Assembly (NCBI RefSeq): GCF_000737315.1
Contig: NZ_JMCB01000003.1
Span: 20,001-268,000, forward strand
Reading direction: 5' to 3'
From: Hyalangium minutum
GTDB lineage: Bacteria > Myxococcota > Myxococcia > Myxococcales > Myxococcaceae
DNA: 248,000 nucleotides
Each line of letters starts with the position of its first letter. Position 1 is the first letter of the stretch. The translations under genes were made by a program, and so were the position numbers. Shown piece by piece: positions 246,232 through 248,000 of the stretch. The notes below the pieces were generated by a model. The model made no database searches. It had not been told where the DNA came from and worked only from the letters and a program-made list of their open reading frames with translations.

Positions 246232-247308
246232 ATGACCGGCACCAGCCGGCCCGAAGAGGGGCCGGTGCAGCTCGACGGCAGCGAAGGGGAGGGGGGAGGG
246301 CAGATCCTCCGCTCGGCGCTCGCCCTGTCGCTCATCACCGGCCGCCCGTTCCACCTCACCCGCCTGCGTGAGCGCAGGGATCCCCCCGGCCTGCGCCCTC
246401 AGCACCTGGCCTGCGTGCGAGGCGCCGAGGCCCTCAGCTCCAGCACCAGCGTGGGCGCCGTCCTGGGCGGCTCAGAGCTGTCCTTCACCCCCGGCCCCGT
246501 GCGTCCCGGCGACTACGTACTGGAGGTGGGCACTGCAGGCAGCACCCCGTTGCTCTTCCAGTGCCTCTTCTTCCCATTGGCCCTGGCCGGAGGCGGGAGC
246601 CTCACCCTGCGCGGCGGCACGCACCTGCCGCACAGCCCCAGCTACCACTACCTCGCCAACGTCTGGCTGCCGGTGATGCACGCCTATGGGTTCCCGGCCG
246701 CGCTCCGGCTGACGCACGCCGGCTTCTACCCAGAGGGTGGCGGAGAGTTTCAAGGAGAGATCTCGGCTCCGGCCGAGCCGCCCCGGCTCGTGGATCTGCC
246801 CACGCGCGGCATGCTGCAGGACATCACCGTCAGCACCTTCGTGGGGGGCCTGCCGTTCACCATCGCCGATCGCCAGTCCCGTGCCGCCGAGGCCGCCTTG
246901 CGTGAGCGGGGGCTCTACAGCCTCGTGCAGAACCGGGCCTTGCCCGTGGCGGGCTCTGCCGGAACCGTCACTTTCATCCTGGCGCAGTTCGAGAACACCT
247001 TCGCGGGCTTCACCGCCATCGGTGAGCGCGGACGGCCCGCAGAGGAAGTGGGGCGCGAGGCCGCTGACGCCGTGGCCCGCTTCATGGAATCCGCCGGCGC
247101 CATCGACGAGCACCTGGGGGATCAGATCCTGCTCCCGGCGGCGCTGCTGGCCTCGGGGCGGCTGGGCCCGGCCTCACCGGGAACCACGCGCTTCACGGCC
247201 GCGAAGGTCACCGAGCACCTGACGACGCACGCACGGGTCCTCGAGCGCTTCCTGCCAGTCAAAGTGACGGTGGAGCCGGGCGGTACGGTGGAGGTCCGCC
247301 CGGCTTGA
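246232..247308 (+). CDS. rtcA: RNA 3'-terminal phosphate cyclase
   Basis: EGGGQILR, PGLRPQH, AGS, GFYPEGGG, DEHLGDQ. Confidence 0.93.
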   Translation: MTGTSRPEEGPVQLDGSEGEGGGQILRSALALSLITGRPFHLTRLRERRDPPGLRPQHLACVRGAEALSSSTSVGAVLGGSELSFTPGPVRPGDYVLEVGTAGSTPLLFQCLFFPLALAGGGSLTLRGGTHLPHSPSYHYLANVWLPVMHAYGFPAALRLTHAGFYPEGGGEFQGEISAPAEPPRLVDLPTRGMLQDITVSTFVGGLPFTIADRQSRAAEAALRERGLYSLVQNRALPVAGSAGTVTFILAQFENTFAGFTAIGERGRPAEEVGREAADAVARFMESAGAIDEHLGDQILLPAALLASGRLGPASPGTTRFTAAKVTEHLTTHARVLERFLPVKVTVEPGGTVEVRPA

Positions 247309-247356
247309 CACGGAAACGGTGTCTTGCAGCTTCAGGCCCGGGTAGCCGGGTGAGGC

Positions 247357-247704
247357 TCAGGACTCTTCTTCGCCCTCGGCCGCCGCAGCCGCCGAAGTAC
247401 CGAAGGAGTTCGAGTCCGCGATCTCCTTCGTCGTGTTGCGGTAGGCCCGGAGCGCGAACGGCGTGGCTGCCAGGAACACGAGCCCGGCCAGGCCGATGGC
247501 GGCCCAGGGCACCGGGGTCTCCTTGATCTGGATGTCCTTGCTATAGGCGTTCATGTTGCCCCCGAGCTGCTGAGCCTTGAGGGCGGACTTCTCCTCATCG
247601 GACATCTCGGAGGGGGGCTGGAACTCCTGCACGGGGCGGCCAGCCAGCACGGCGCTACCCGAGAGCAGGGCGGACAGGAGGACGAGTCGCGAGAGCGTAC
247701 GCAT
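247357..247704 (-). CDS. Small secreted/TM hypothetical protein
   Basis: Signal peptide plus one TM. Confidence 0.6.
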   Translation of the reverse strand: MRTLSRLVLLSALLSGSAVLAGRPVQEFQPPSEMSDEEKSALKAQQLGGNMNAYSKDIQIKETPVPWAAIGLAGLVFLAATPFALRAYRNTTKEIADSNSFGTSAAAAAEGEEES

Positions 247705-247821
247705 GGAATCCCATCCTATCACGGGTCGGGCCCTCCATCGCCAGAGGGGACCATCGCCGCCCGTACAGCTCCATGAAAGCAGGCTTGCGTCCGTCCCAGC
247801 CGTCCATTAGGCGCGGAGCGA

Positions 247822-248000
247822 ATGCGCCTGCTCTTCGTTGGCCTCGCGAACCTGCTGCTGGGGGTGTGGACCCTGCTTGGGCTGCCCTTCCGCCTGCTTG
247901 CCTCCCGGAACCGTCCCACCTACGTCCGCTTCCGGCTCTCCGGGGAGCTGCCCTACCGTCAGCCGCGCAAGGCCCGGCGGTTTTTCTCCGGCTCGAAGCC
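247822..248000 (+). CDS. 5' fragment of a gene running off the window (possibly SppA-type)
   Basis: ATG with upstream GGAG; open to the window end (MRLLFVGLANLLLG..). Confidence 0.45.
   Translation, partial: MRLLFVGLANLLLGVWTLLGLPFRLLASRNRPTYVRFRLSGELPYRQPRKARRFFSGSK

Overview
High-GC myxobacterial chromosome segment (Cystobacterineae, Hyalangium/Stigmatella-like; inferred from romX, nfsA-H, a sigB-like sigma factor and the expanded Ser/Thr kinase, sigma54-EBP and Uma2 families). The core backbone includes selA, romX-rluD, sigB, rplC, nfsA-H, typA, rsmD-coaD, carB, gltBD, greA-recG, thrC-tmk, mutS and xerD-scpAB-rluB, with accessory blocks between them. No rRNA, complete tRNA or CRISPR array was seen. 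Most notable: (1) a ~48 kb locus at 193.8-242.2 kb with three parvulin lipoproteins, a 10,488-aa secreted Ig/IPT/LVIVD protein and a 4,682-aa lipoprotein RHS-HINT toxin whose HxE..CxxC deaminase-like tip has no adjacent immunity gene; (2) R-body (RebB) genes co-oriented with two transglutaminase-fusion genes; (3) an AhpD-like selenoprotein split by the ORF caller, with a CxxU motif and an fdhF-like SECIS hairpin; (4) a full-length major vault protein homologue; (5) lipoprotein toxin/immunity cassettes, one beside a tmRNA 3'-end fragment; (6) a yybP-ykoY Mn2+ riboswitch, a CheB triplet and several gene remnants or frameshifts. Family names come from motif recognition by eye, not database searches.
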